DNA of 63,929 bases, the filler included, from Octopus bimaculoides (lineage: Eukaryota), in assembly GCF_001194135.2 (NCBI RefSeq). It is 6 parts of 6 records of this genome, joined end to end, with 100 filler letters (N's around TTAATTAATTAA, not from the genome) between each part and the next. Parts side by side here need not be neighbours in the genome. Positions count along the whole stretch, not along the records: positions 52,689 to 62,572 come from NC_069007.1; positions 62,673 to 63,929 come from NW_026388026.1; 4 more parts are not named here. One strand, written 5' to 3'. Below are positions 53,185-63,929 of the stretch, piece after piece (within the stretch, counting starts at the first letter, position 1; each line of letters starts with the position of its first letter). The notes under the pieces were generated by a model. It was not told the origin of the DNA and ran no database searches. It saw only the letters and a program-made list of their open reading frames with translations. Made by a program: the position numbers and the translations under genes.

Positions 53185-53191
53185 CTTTGCT

Positions 53192-53249
<58 letters not shown>

Positions 53250-53258
53250 GAGGCTAGG

Positions 53259-53464
53259 CAGTGCTGAAATTTCTGGGCTTTGGGTAAAAGAAAATATGTG
53301 AGGATCAGTTAATTGTGATTTTATTCAGCATATTCCCCTCTCAGATTCACACACCTATTGCAGTGGTCTTTCAGTTTTTCTAAACCCTGTAAAAGAACTT
53401 GGAAGGTTGGGCTTCCAGCCAGGCCTTTCACAATGCCCTTAAAGCCAGGAACTTTTCAGCACCT
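53259..53464 (-). mobile_element. Internally deleted mariner derivative (MITE), copy 2
   Basis: TIRs gtgctgaaatttctgggcttt / aaagccaggaacttttcagcacc; minus strand encodes LQGLEKLKDHCNRCVNLRGEYAE*, a mariner transposase C-terminus. Confidence 0.8.
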
Positions 53465-53956
53465 TCTTATATATATATATATGAATGTGGAAGCTTGTCG
53501 CCTAGTGGTTTGAGTGTTTGACTCATGATCATAAGATTGTGGTTTCAATTCCTGGACCAGGTAATGCAATTTGGTTTCAATTATGGTTTCAATTCCTGGA
53601 TCAGGTTCTTGAGCAGAACACTTCATTTTACATTCCTCTAGTCCATTCAGCCAGAAAAAGTTAGTAATCCTGCAACAGACTGGTGCCTGGTCCAGTGACA
53701 GAATATACATGAGCCAGAGAAACTGGAAAACCAGTTCTTATGACTCCATGGGGCTAGAAAAGTATGCTTTATAATTTCTATATACCTACACATACACACA
53801 TAGACACACACACACGTGCGCGCGCACACACACACACACATGCGCGCGCACACACACACACATGCATATATGTACACACAAGCACACACACAAATTTGCA
53901 TATCCCGGTGATGGTGGTGGTGGTGGTGGTGGTGGTGGTGATGGTGGATGGTACTT

Positions 53957-54118
53957 GTAGGAGTGGCTGTGTGGTAAGTAGCTTGCTTACCAACCACATG
54001 GTTTTGGGTTCAGTCCCACTGCGGAGCACCTTGAGCAAGTGTCTTCTACTATAGCCTCGGGCCGATGAAAAGCCTTGTGAGTGGATTGGTAGACGGAAAC
54101 TGAAAGAAGCCTGTCGTA
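53957..54118 (+). mobile_element. SINE head A
   Basis: gtaggagtggctgtgtggtaagtagcttgc...gaaagaagcctgtcgtata. Confidence 0.85.
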
Positions 54119-54900
54119 TATATGTATATATATATATATATACATATACATATGTATATATATGTTTTCCCTAAAACTATATATACATGTATGTATGTNN
54201 NNNNNNNNNNNNNNNNNNNNNNNNNNNNNNNNNNNNNNNNNNNNNNNNNNNNNNNNNNNNNNNNNNNNNNNNNNNNNNNNNNNNNNNNNNNNNNNNNNNN
54301 NNNNNNNNNNNNNNNNNNNNNNNNNNNNNNNNNNNNNNNNNNNNNNNNNNNNNNNNNNNNNNNNNNNNNNNNNNNNNNNNNNNNNNNNNNNNNNNNNNNN
54401 NNNNNNNNNNNNNNNNNNNNNNNNNNNNNNNNNNNNNNNNNNNNNNNNNNNNNNNNNNNNNNNNNNNNNNNNNNNNNNNNNNNNNNNNNNNNNNNNNNNN
54501 NNNNNNNNNNNNNNNNNNNNNNNNNNNNNNNNNNNNNNNNNNNNNNNNNNNNNNNNNNNNNNNNNNNNNNNNNNNNNNNNNNNNNNNNNNNNNNNNNNNN
54601 NNNNNNNNNNNNNNNNNNNNNNNNNNNNNNNNNNNNNNNNNNNNNNNNNNNNNNNNNNNNNNNNNNNNNNNNNNNNNNNNNNNNNNNNNNNNNNNNNNNN
54701 NNNNNNNNNNNNNNNNNNNNNNNNNNNNNNNNNNNNNNNNNNNNNNNNNNNAGTATCTATGTGTGTGTGTGTGTCTCCAAATAGTACGAAGAAGACAAAG
54801 AAGATCCTTCAACACATTAACGATTCATTACAATTGTTTCTGTACCAGTTCTACTTGCTATGCCAGTTTATGCAAAACCCCAAAAAATGAAACTTTAAGC

Positions 54901-55024
54901 AATGTTTGCAGTTTTAGACATTAGAGAGGCACTTCGTCAGAGCTGCAGGAAAGGTGTGCTGTCACATTGTGTGACACCACGCCTTTGATGAAGTGCCTCT
55001 CTAGTGTCTAAAACTGCAAACATT
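54901..55024 (+). repeat. 124-nt near-perfect hairpin / short palindromic element
   Basis: 38-bp outer stem, 11-nt single-sided bulge, 9-bp and 7-bp inner stems, 3-nt loop. Confidence 0.9.
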
Positions 55025-55483
55025 ATTCTTTCCTTCTTTTATTCTTTTACTTGTTTCAGTCGTTTGACTGGGGCCATGCTGGAGCACCACCTTTAGTCGA
55101 GAAAATCAACCCCAGGACTTATTCTTTGTAAGTCTAGTACTTATTCTATTATTCTCTTTTTGCCGAACCACTAAGTTATGTAAATTTTTTCTTTGAATTT
55201 TTACGTAAACTGGTGTTGCAAGTAGAATTTTATCAAATTTTTAGCAATTTTAATGATTTGAACAAATCATTAAAGATATGTTGAAGAATTTTTGTCTTCA
55301 TCTTCTTATTTGGATGATTAATTCTTCAATGATATTATGTCCTGAATTGTGAATGCACCAAACACTTTACTCTAAAACATAAGGATTTTGAGTTCCAACA
55401 GCTGGTCCTTAGCATCGTTTGGTGTTGTTGCTGTTGTTATTATTCTATGCATAACATCTCCAGCGAAGCTAAGCTAAGTCAGC

Positions 55484-56328
55484 TGATACAAAGGCAAAGG
55501 TGATGTCCCAGACAGAAATAATTACAGGGGTATCAAATTTCTGGACCAGGTGATGAAAGTCACAAAAAGGGCCATAGCTCAGTTAATAGGAAGAGAATTA
55601 TCCTGGATGAGATGCAGTTCGGATTTGTGACAGGGAGAAGCACCATTAATGCCATATTCCTGGTGAGGCAACTGCTGGAGAAGTATTTGGCCAAAAATAA
55701 ACTTCTGTATTTGTCTTTTGTTAACATGGAGAAAGCCTTTGACAGAGTCCCCCGCTCCCTTATCTGGTGGGCAATGCAGAAGTGAGGGATAGATGAACGT
55801 CTAGTCAGAGCATGAGGATTGATGAGAGCATGCTTCTCATCTAATGAGAGCTAGATGAGTAGGAAGCCATGTACGAGGATGCCGCTTGTAAGGTGAGAGG
55901 CTCCAGTGAGTATAGCAAAGGAGTTTAGTGTACAAGTAGGAGTCTACCAGAGGCTGGTTCTTAGCCACCTCTTGTTTATCATGGTCCTCCAAGCTATAAC
56001 TGAGGAATTTATAACTGGCTGCTCCTGGAAGCTTTTCAATGCTGATGACCTTGTTCTTATTGTTGAACTAGAGATGAAATTTCAGGTATGGAAGCAAGGT
56101 CTGGAATCAAAGGGCCTTAGAGTTAACCTAACAAAAACCAAACAATTGATAAGTAGGAAAACAGACAAATCGGAGATACCTTCAGGAAGATGGCCCTGCT
56201 CTGTATATAGAAAAGGTGACCGGAGAAACTCCATAAGGTGGATCCAGTACAAGGTATGGACACATAAGAGGTGCAGTGGTATCACTGGATGGCTCACAGA
56301 GAAGGTTGTCTTTACATGTGGCAGATGA
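55484..56328 (+). mobile_element. RTE-superfamily LINE RT, decayed, with a Cys-rich segment after the RT
   Basis: YKGKGD..DRNNYRGIK, MQFGF, FV.MEKAFDRVP, QVGV.Q..VLS.LLFI, ADDL, GLRVN..KTK, then WPCSVYRKG..RNSIRW..YKVWTHKRCSGI...CGR. Confidence 0.9.
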
Positions 56329-56941
56329 ACATGTACATTAAACACCAGAAATACATACATAGAGGCATGTATGCATTTATATATATATGATGGGGCTTCC
56401 TCACAGTCTCCATGTACTAAATTCAATCACATGACAGTTGTCAGCTCGGGTCTATAGTAGAAGGCTCTTGTCCAACATGCTGTGTAATGGGACTGAACCC
56501 AAAACCACATGGTTGTAAAGAAAGCTTCTTCACCCCACAGCCACATTCTTGACAACCAGGACCTACCTGGGTGGTAAGCAGCAACAACAACAACAACAAC
56601 AGCAACAACACTAAGAACGAATATTCTTTACAGTTAAATGTATTGTTCAGTTAGAAAGCTTTGCTTGAAATTTCTTCGTGTGTTTCTTTAGAATGGTGCC
56701 ACATTTGGAGTAAAAGAGAGTTAAAGTACTTCATGGTATGGTGCAACTGAGTAACTGCGTTGGAATAGGGGCTGAACTCTTGGGGCTAAACAAAGAGATA
56801 AGATATATCTTATCACAGTAAATAGAAATAGGAAAAAGGGGCTGTCGCTATCTTTGTATGTGGGGCACTGACGTAAACACACATACACATACATGCATGC
56901 ATATATCTTTGTATTCACGCATGCATATATATATATATATA

Positions 56942-57156
56942 CTCTTTTATTCTTTTACTTGTTTCAGTCATTTGACTGTGGCCATGCTGGAGCACCGCTT
57001 TTAGTCGAGCAGATCGACCCCAAGACTTATTCTTTGTAAGCCTAGTACTTATTCTATCAGTCGCTTTTGCCGAACCGCTAAGTTATGGGGACGTAAACAC
57101 ACCAGCATCGGTTGTCGAGCGATGTTGGGGGGACAAACACAGACACACAAACACAT

Positions 57157-57197
<41 letters not shown>

Positions 57198-57421
57198 NNN
57201 NNNNNNNNNNNNNNNNNNNNNNNNNNNNNNNNNNNNNNNNNNNNNNNNNNNNNNNNNNNNNNNNNNNNNNNNNNNNNNNNNNNNNNNNNNNNNNNNNNNN
57301 NNNNNNNNNNNNNNNNNNNNNNNNNNNNNNNNNNNNNNNNNNNNNNNNNNNNNNNNNNNNNNNNNNNNNNNNNNNNNNNNNNNNNNNNNNNNNNNNNNNN
57401 NNNNNNNNNNNNNNNNNNNNN

Positions 57422-57459
<38 letters not shown>

Positions 57460-57622
57460 GACGGGCTTCTTTCAGTTTCTGTCTACCAAATCCACTCACA
57501 AGGCTTTGGTCGGCCCGAGGCTATAGTAGAAGACACTTGCCCAAGGTACCATGCAGTGGGACTGAACCCAGAACCATGTGTGGTTGGTAAGCAAGCTACT
57601 TAACACACAGCCACTCCTGCAC
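56942..57622 (-). mobile_element. SINE A+B, young and CpG-retaining, with the gap in its central microsatellite
   Basis: Close to the intact copies elsewhere in the window. Confidence 0.9.
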
Positions 57623-57787
57623 CTATATGTGTATATGCTAATGTGTATACATACATCTACATATATATGTGTGAGTGTATATGTGTTTGTGTTAATGTGT
57701 AAACATACATCTAAATATATATATATAACACACAGAAAAAGAGAGAGATGTGTATATACACCCATATACAGACTAATATCTGTGTGT

Positions 57788-57822
<35 letters not shown>

Positions 57823-58220
57823 CTCACATATATAAGGTTAGTAGAGTTAGAGGCTGGAATATTCGTCTAAGGGATAAAAATATCCATGTTACTACCAGTA
57901 TAATTACCTATGTTAACCCTGAGCATGCATATGCAAGCAGCTGCTACTGATGATAATGATGATGATAATGATGGTGATGATGATGATGGCAGAAGGTTTT
58001 TGCTCAGTAGAGCAACCTCGATATGATATCTCCGGGACAACAGGTTCCTGTGAATGTGGCACCGTCGTGCCCCACTGACTCTCTAGACTCCCTATGTGTG
58101 CCACAGTTTTACCCTAACAGGACAGCCTTGAAACCCCTTGTCCCCACCCTAAAAAACAGTAGTGCTACATGTGTTGCAAACAGAACACGTAGCTTTATCA
58201 TTGCCAACACCAGCATCATT

Positions 58221-58311
58221 ACCACCACGACCACCGCCACCACCACCACTCACTACCACCAACACCACTAACCACCACGACCACCGCCACCACCACCACT
58301 CACTACCACCA
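58221..58311. repeat. (ACC)-rich minisatellite with a 41-nt unit repeated
   Basis: accaccacgaccaccgccaccaccaccactcactaccacca at 58221 and 58271. Confidence 0.85.
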
Positions 58312-59799
58312 NNNNNNNNNNNNNNNNNNNNNNNNNNNNNNNNNNNNNNNNNNNNNNNNNNNNNNNNNNNNNNNNNNNNNNNNNNNNNNNNNNNNNNNNN
58401 NNNNNNNNNNNNNNNNNNNNNNNNNNNNNNNNNNNNNNNNNNNNNNNNNNNNNNNNNNNNNNNNNNNNNNNNNNNNNNNNNNNNNNNNNNNNNNNNNNNN
58501 NNNNNNNNNNNNNNNNNNNNNNNNNNNNNNNNNNNNNNNNNNNNNNNNNNNNNNNNNNNNNNNNNNNNNNNNNNNNNNNNNNNNNNNNNNNNNNNNNNNN
58601 NNNNNNNNNNNNNNNNNNNNNNNNNNNNNNNNNNNNNNNNNNNNNNNNNNNNNNNNNNNNNNNNNNNNNNNNNNNNNNNNNNNNNNNNNNNNNNNNNNNN
58701 NNNNNNNNNNNNNNNNNNNNNNNNNNNNNNNNNNNNNNNNNNNNNNNNNNNNNNNNNNNNNNNNNNNNNNNNNNNNNNNNNNNNNNNNNNNNNNNNNNNN
58801 NNNNNNNNNNNNNNNNNNNNNNNNNNNNNNNNNNNNNNNNNNNNNNNNNNNNNNNNNNNNNNNNNNNNNNNNNNNNNNNNNNNNNNNNNNNNNNNNNNNN
58901 NNNNNNNNNNNNNNNNNNNNNNNNNNNNNNNNNNNNNNNNNNNNNNNNNNNNNNNNNNNNNNNNNNNNNNNNNNNNNNNNNNNNNNNNNNNNNNNNNNNN
59001 NNNNNNNNNNNNNNNNNNNNNNNNNNNNNNNNNNNNNNNNNNNNNNNNNNNNNNNNNNNNNNNNNNNNNNNNNNNNNNNNNNNNNNNNNNNNNNNNNNNN
59101 NNNNNNNNNNNNNNNNNNNNNNNNNNNNNNNNNNNNNNNNNNNNNNNNNNNNNNNNNNNNNNNNNNNNNNNNNNNNNNNNNNNNNNNNNNNNNNNNNNNN
59201 NNNNNNNNNNNNNNNNNNNNNNNNNNNNNNNNNNNNNNNNNNNNNNNNNNNNNNNNNNNNNNNNNNNNNNNNNNNNNNNNNNNNNNNNNGGAACACTAAC
59301 ATGTACATATATACATATATATACACATAAATACATACATACATAGATATGTACATACAACTAAAAATACAATTGTTATCATTTAATGTCAAAACCATAC
59401 ACATATACATACATATATACACATGTATGTATACATGTGTGTTATGTCTGTTTTTATGTGAAGTTATATATAAAAACAATCAACGTTAAATATTACTTTA
59501 TATTTTTGTAAGTAGAATACATGTTTATTTCATTTTTGCAAGGCAAAGGCAAACAGTGACTTCGAAGTCACTGTCAACCGTTTCCTTGTAAAAATTAGAA
59601 CATATGTGTGTCTATGTATATAGATATATACATATGTGTGTGTGTGTGTATAGAGGTTATGAGTGGTAGTGGTGTCAATTAGACCCAGAGGTTTCAGGTA
59701 ATGCTGAGTAAGTGCTATGGATATACCACAGTTAAGCTCCAGGTTCGGTGGTTAATGCAATAAGGGGTCCAACGTAGGTCATATATCAGCATGTGTATA

Positions 59800-60170
59800 T
59801 AAGGATTTACTTTTCATAATGAGATAAAAGACCAAGGCTGTGTATAACATAGAACATTTATAAATAGAATGTCTTACAGCTGTTTCCAGGATATTTATTA
59901 TATCTCTTCATCAGAGACGGTGTGAGAGGATGGTTAAGCAATAGATGGTTTAGATAAGATAGGAAATAGAGAGTGAATGTAGGGATATTATATTTGTAAA
60001 TCCATTGTTTAGGCAGAATGGTATACATATAAGATTCCAATACCTTGTGAGTAAGATCCAATTGTTTATAAGATTGGTCCTTGCCTTTGTAAATCCATTA
60101 TTAAGATTCCAATACCCTATGAGTAAAATCCAAGTCTTTGAAATTGGCCATTCCAAATACAGAGTTTATA
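59800..60170 (-). mobile_element. Penelope-like 3' end (GIY-YIG C-terminal remnant with internal duplication, plus pLTR)
   Basis: SVFGMANFKDLDFTHRVLES, repeated as LDLTHKVLES, resembles PLE F.W.NFKILD....LES; followed by a hammerhead motif. Confidence 0.5.
59871..59918 (-). ncRNA. Type I hammerhead ribozyme motif, partly degenerate
   Basis: GTCT-CTGATGA-AGAGATAT-AATAA-ATATCCTG-GAA-ACAGCTGT-A-AGAC: stem I GTCT/AGAC, stem II core GATAT/ATATC, palindromic stem III ACAGCTGT, GUA site. Confidence 0.7.
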
Positions 60171-60186
60171 CACAGTGTTATTGAAT

Positions 60187-60493
60187 CAAGGGTTCTGTTT
60201 ATATATATATATGAATCTTTTCAATCTCAAGCACAGATCTTTTAATTCACTTTTTTTAACTAAACACTTTAGCAGCAGTAACATTTCTTCAGCTGAATAC
60301 ACGTTATTGATTGGTCAAAATTACCCAAATACGACAATTTTAACACGAAATAACTTCTAAAATACAAAATTTTGTCAAAAACACTAAGAGTAAACTGTGT
60401 TCTACTTGACACATTCAACCAGTATCCGAAGTTTCAAACTGTTTAGTTAAAAAAGAATTAGGAAATTTGTGCTTGAAATTGAACAGATCCCTG
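60187..60493. mobile_element. Degenerate MITE-like element
   Basis: ttcaatctcaagcacagat...ttttaactaaacac versus ctgtttagttaaaaaa...tgtgcttgaaattgaacagatccctg form imperfect terminal inverted repeats of about 55 bp. Confidence 0.5.
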
Positions 60494-60711
60494 AAACATG
60501 CCCATATATATATATTATATATATATTAGAAGGTTTGGAGGTGATGTACAGGAATTATATATTAGAAAAAATAATAAGGTACTCAGATATCTGGATGGTT
60601 GTACATATTCATATATATATATATGTATGTCTGTAAGTATGTATATATCGATGAGTGTGTCTTTGTGTCCTGCACCACTGCTTGATCTCTGGTGTTCATG
60701 TGTTTACATTT

Positions 60712-60859
60712 ATGGACAATTTCCATCTTGAATACTTCAGTTTTGAGGTCTTTGTACTTTGACAATTTCTCCACTTCTTTTTGGACAATATTTTGATCAG
60801 AAAGAACTGTAATGTCTATCAGTAAGCAGGTGTTTTTTATCGCAATTCTTGGTTATTAT
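60712..60859 (-). mobile_element. R4/Dong-like restriction-like endonuclease (RLE) fragment
   Basis: TCLLIDITVLSDQNIVQKEVEKLSKYKDL matches the RLE pattern LLID..VP.D.N...E.EK..KY.DL. Confidence 0.8.
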
Positions 60860-61365
60860 TATGCGGAGCCCAGTATACCGACAATGACTACCCGTCTGAT
60901 AAGGGGATGCCAGGCACATGAATCTCAATGAATGTGCGCGACATGGTGATCTCATATCAAGATAAACAGCGCATGACCTCGCAGGTGGGGCCCAGTTAGA
61001 ATTTTCTTCAGGTCGAGTAGCCAATCCCGCTCAAAAGGTCCCTGAATAAGGTTTGTTTACGGATGATGAACAAAGCACCCATGTTTCCTGGGGTGAATTA
61101 TTCAAACCTCCACAAATTTCTCTCAGCACATGGTTATGATGCTCCCTCACTACTTCTGCTCATGATCAGAGATGCACATATCGTCAGCCACTAAGGGACA
61201 TGCTCAACTGGTGAAGGTCAAACAACTGACAAGCAAATCTGTGGTATTAAGCAGAATATTTGCTGTAGCCCATCTTTTATACCAAGACAAAACAATGTAT
61301 ATGATGACACTTCCAATCAATTAAGATCAGAAGCCATGAGAGCCACTGCCTGGTACTGCATCAGG
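60860..61365 (-). mobile_element. Unclassified non-coding interspersed repeat (type F)
   Basis: No long ORF; 39-nt segment 60860-60898 matches 45074-45112 at 32/39 positions, ungapped. Confidence 0.55.
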
Positions 61366-62140
61366 ACTGCCGTTTGCCAAACATGTATTTCTGCACCTAG
61401 TGTCTTTAACAGAGCTGCAGTTCCGGGTAAAACAGAGACCGAGGGAGAGCATTTGGAAAGTGGAATGTCTTCAAGCGTTCACAGACTTCAGCCAATCAGA
61501 CACTGCGATAGGTGGAATGTCCACTTCAGCTTTTTATAGAGGATTAGTGGAGGGAAAGTGCAACAACATTCTTACGGAGACCTTGGGCATCAAAGAAGAT
61601 CAGCTTGTCACTCTTTTCCGGAGAACTTTCAGGTCGGGACGAATGGATAATTTCCAAAAATCTCTAGCCTCGCAGTGCTACCGGGGAACTTTGTTCGAGG
61701 TAAACTTTACAAGCACAGAAGTACTGTCAGCCAAGCATGTCCAAGACGCATTCAAGACGACGAGACTGTCCTGCATGCACTCGTCCAGTGCCCAAACATA
61801 GCTGACCTGTGGGTTTATGTCGAACACCTGCTGTCGCGTGTGGGACGGATCTGGGTGTCAACTAAATCCATCATGAAGATTGCCCCACTGCCTTCCTTTA
61901 ATAGGGAAGGAAAGGCTGTGTTTATATGCCTAGTGGCCGTGGCGAAAGAGGTTGTATGGTGGACATGATTGAAGGGGCTGAAGACAAACACTTTTCTCTT
62001 TGACCAATCCCTAATCAACTTCTTCAAGTTTCACTTGAAAAAGAAAATAAGGGTAGAGAGGGGAGTGTTGTCTTCTAGCTGAAAGATGGATGAAAGTGGC
62101 GAGAATGGTGAGAGTGAACGGGCCTGCCCTGAGCATACGC
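61366..62140 (+). mobile_element. Tx1/L1-clade LINE 3' ORF2 remnant with zf-RVT domain
   Basis: SLASQCYRG.L.VRGKLYKH..VSQACPR..QDDETVLHALVQCPNIADLW: CCHC zinc knuckle; frameshifted. Confidence 0.8.
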
Positions 62141-62447
62141 TTGTAGTTGAAAAAAAGGAAAGGAAAAAAGGCACCTGCCTCAAAAGTCAGGGTACCCATA
62201 GTTTTTTATGGGGTTTTTCCATGAGCAGCCCTCAAACGTCTCCTCCCTATTGAGGATTACACATTGTTGATTTTTAAAAAATTTTGTTAGTTTCACAACA
62301 CACATTCTTTGTTTTGTCCAGTGCTCTCCATAATGGTTTACATTAATGTAAACCCTTGTGGATAATAAAGAATGTATTGTTATTATCATTATTATTATCA
62401 TCATCATCACCATCACCACCACCACCACCACCACCATCATCATCATT

Positions 62448-62572
62448 AAGACGACGAGCTGGCAGAAACGTTAGCATGCTGGACAAAATGCTTAGCGGTA
62501 TTTCGCCTGTCGCCACTTTCTGAGTTCAAATTCCACCAAGGTTGACTTTGCCTTTCATCCTTTCGGAGGTCG
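62448..62572 (+). mobile_element. SINE C, truncated by the linker
   Basis: aagacgacgagctggcagaaacgttagc...gagttcaaattcc. Confidence 0.8.
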
Positions 62573-62672
62573 NNNNNNNNNNNNNNNNNNNNNNNNNNNN
62601 NNNNNNNNNNNNNNNNTTAATTAATTAANNNNNNNNNNNNNNNNNNNNNNNNNNNNNNNNNNNNNNNNNNNN
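62573..62672. other. Artificial scaffold-joining spacer
   Basis: 44 N + TTAATTAATTAA + 44 N. Confidence 0.95.
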
Positions 62673-62702
62673 TGCAATGAACACTTTAAAAAATAGGCCT
62701 AC

Positions 62703-62757
62703 CTTCAGGATGGAATTTGAAGCTAGTTTACATACCCCAATATCAATTGGTTTCATG
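62703..62757 (-). CDS. Weak candidate exon: (x)MKPIDIGVCKLASNSILK
   Basis: gttttctcatgtacag acceptor; AAG|GTAGGC donor; 55 nt; only one frame open. Confidence 0.25.
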
Positions 62758-63929
62758 CTGTACATGAGAAAACATGCTTTGCAATATTCAGTTGGAGATA
62801 GTAAAATCTATTTCCCAAATATTCCTGTCAACTCGTGTGTGTTTCGAAATTTAAACGTCCCGCTCCGTCTAAAGAGAAAACTATGGTAAACATTAAAAAA
62901 AAGTAATTATCAAAACATTATTGCTGTTAAAATTGAATATTATACCTATAAAGTTAGAAGTCTCGCTAACCGCCTTTTTATTACTGTTTTTAACAGCGAT
63001 AATGCTTTCATATAGTTGCTTTATATATATACATATATATATCCTTATCAATAACGTTAGCGCTAGCTTCTTATAGAATGTTAGTGAAGTTAGCAGAATG
63101 ATATTAAACGATAGAACTGTAATTAAGAAAGAAAATATCTGCCAATGCAAGTATATAAATTTATTTTAGTCTTTGCTTAAGTGTAATAGGTATTATAGAA
63201 ATCACAATCTAGATGGGCTATAGGAAAGGAATTAATGTAGGAGAGTAAATTGTGGCAAAAAAGTATGTACAATAAAAGTGTGTGATGTAAGTAAGTATAA
63301 TAATTTAATAAAGTGAGCTAATGAACTACTTATTATTGCAAAAATGTTAGATGACTATATGGATGTAGCTGTCTTACTAGGATTGGAACTGTAGACAAAT
63401 CTAAAAGCCTTGGTACATTTATGAACACAAAAAGAGAACGGTTCCTGATTTCATTCTTTTTAATAGGGCTGCTATTTAGGCAGGCATTGCATAAACTATG
63501 GAATATGTTAGGTATTGTAATATGACTTATGGGAGAAGTTTAAATTAGAAACCTAGAGAATAAAATACAGAAGAAAAATATTATGATAGGTGAAAGTAAT
63601 TATTTATTTAGTGAAAGTAAATTTTTAGATAGCTATAGAGAGTTTTGACAGTATTTGAATTGTAGGTAGATATTTAATGTTTAACATTTTATGAACGCAG
63701 GAGGAAAATGCCTTGTACTGCTTGCTTAAATATTTGTGCTGAGTTATGTGAGAGTATCCATATTAATTCCTTCAAATATAAGCAGCAGAGAGCTTGTAAA
63801 GGATATTTATCCCATTTTTGTTCCGTTCCAATGGAGATATAGCAATAAATTATATTCCATTGAAAGTAATACTATTAGAAGTGGTTGTGTGGTAAGTAGC
63901 TTCCTTACCAACCACATGGTTCCGGGTTC

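Noticed and set aside
61280-61365. HDV-like ribozyme at the 5' end of repeat F
   Set aside because: I could not find a consistent P1/P2/P3 pairing or J4/2 motif by eye.
56600-62757. Minus-strand gene linking 62703-62757 to PQEFSPYSNAVTQLHHTMKYF... near 56784
   Set aside because: The join crosses the linker at 62573. At 56.6-56.8 kb, competing exon readings exist on both strands (also WCHIWSKRELKYFM on +, 56692-56735) and none can be favoured.

Overview
AT-rich animal DNA, gap-ridden and saturated with microsatellites. The SINE/LINE content looks like an octopus genome (inference from repeat style, not a database match). The window is not one locus. Five identical artificial spacers (44 N + TTAATTAATTAA + 44 N) split it into six pieces: 1-3892, 3993-28550, 28651-43639, 43740-52588, 52689-62572 and 62673-63929. 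Most ORFs in the supplied track are N-gap or microsatellite artefacts. No complete host gene, rRNA, functional tRNA or CRISPR array is supportable. Real content: many tRNA-derived SINE copies of several modular types; decayed fragments of RTE, R4/Dong-like, Tx1/L1-like and Penelope-like retroelements; one near-complete mariner; several MITE-like inverted repeats; and a few isolated candidate exons that I cannot name (best at 34357-34504, minus strand). The most interesting signal is at 44954-45385, where a tRNA-Thr(AGT)-derived Pol III head is joined through (TAA)n to a tail carrying a minimal Penelope-type hammerhead ribozyme. This is a candidate hammerhead-bearing SINE. A second hammerhead lies at a Penelope-like 3' end (59871-59918, minus). 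Also notable are a 124-nt near-perfect hairpin (54901-55024), a 28-bp minisatellite of YY1 motifs (10913-11217) and a non-coding repeat that sits at TAA runs twice.
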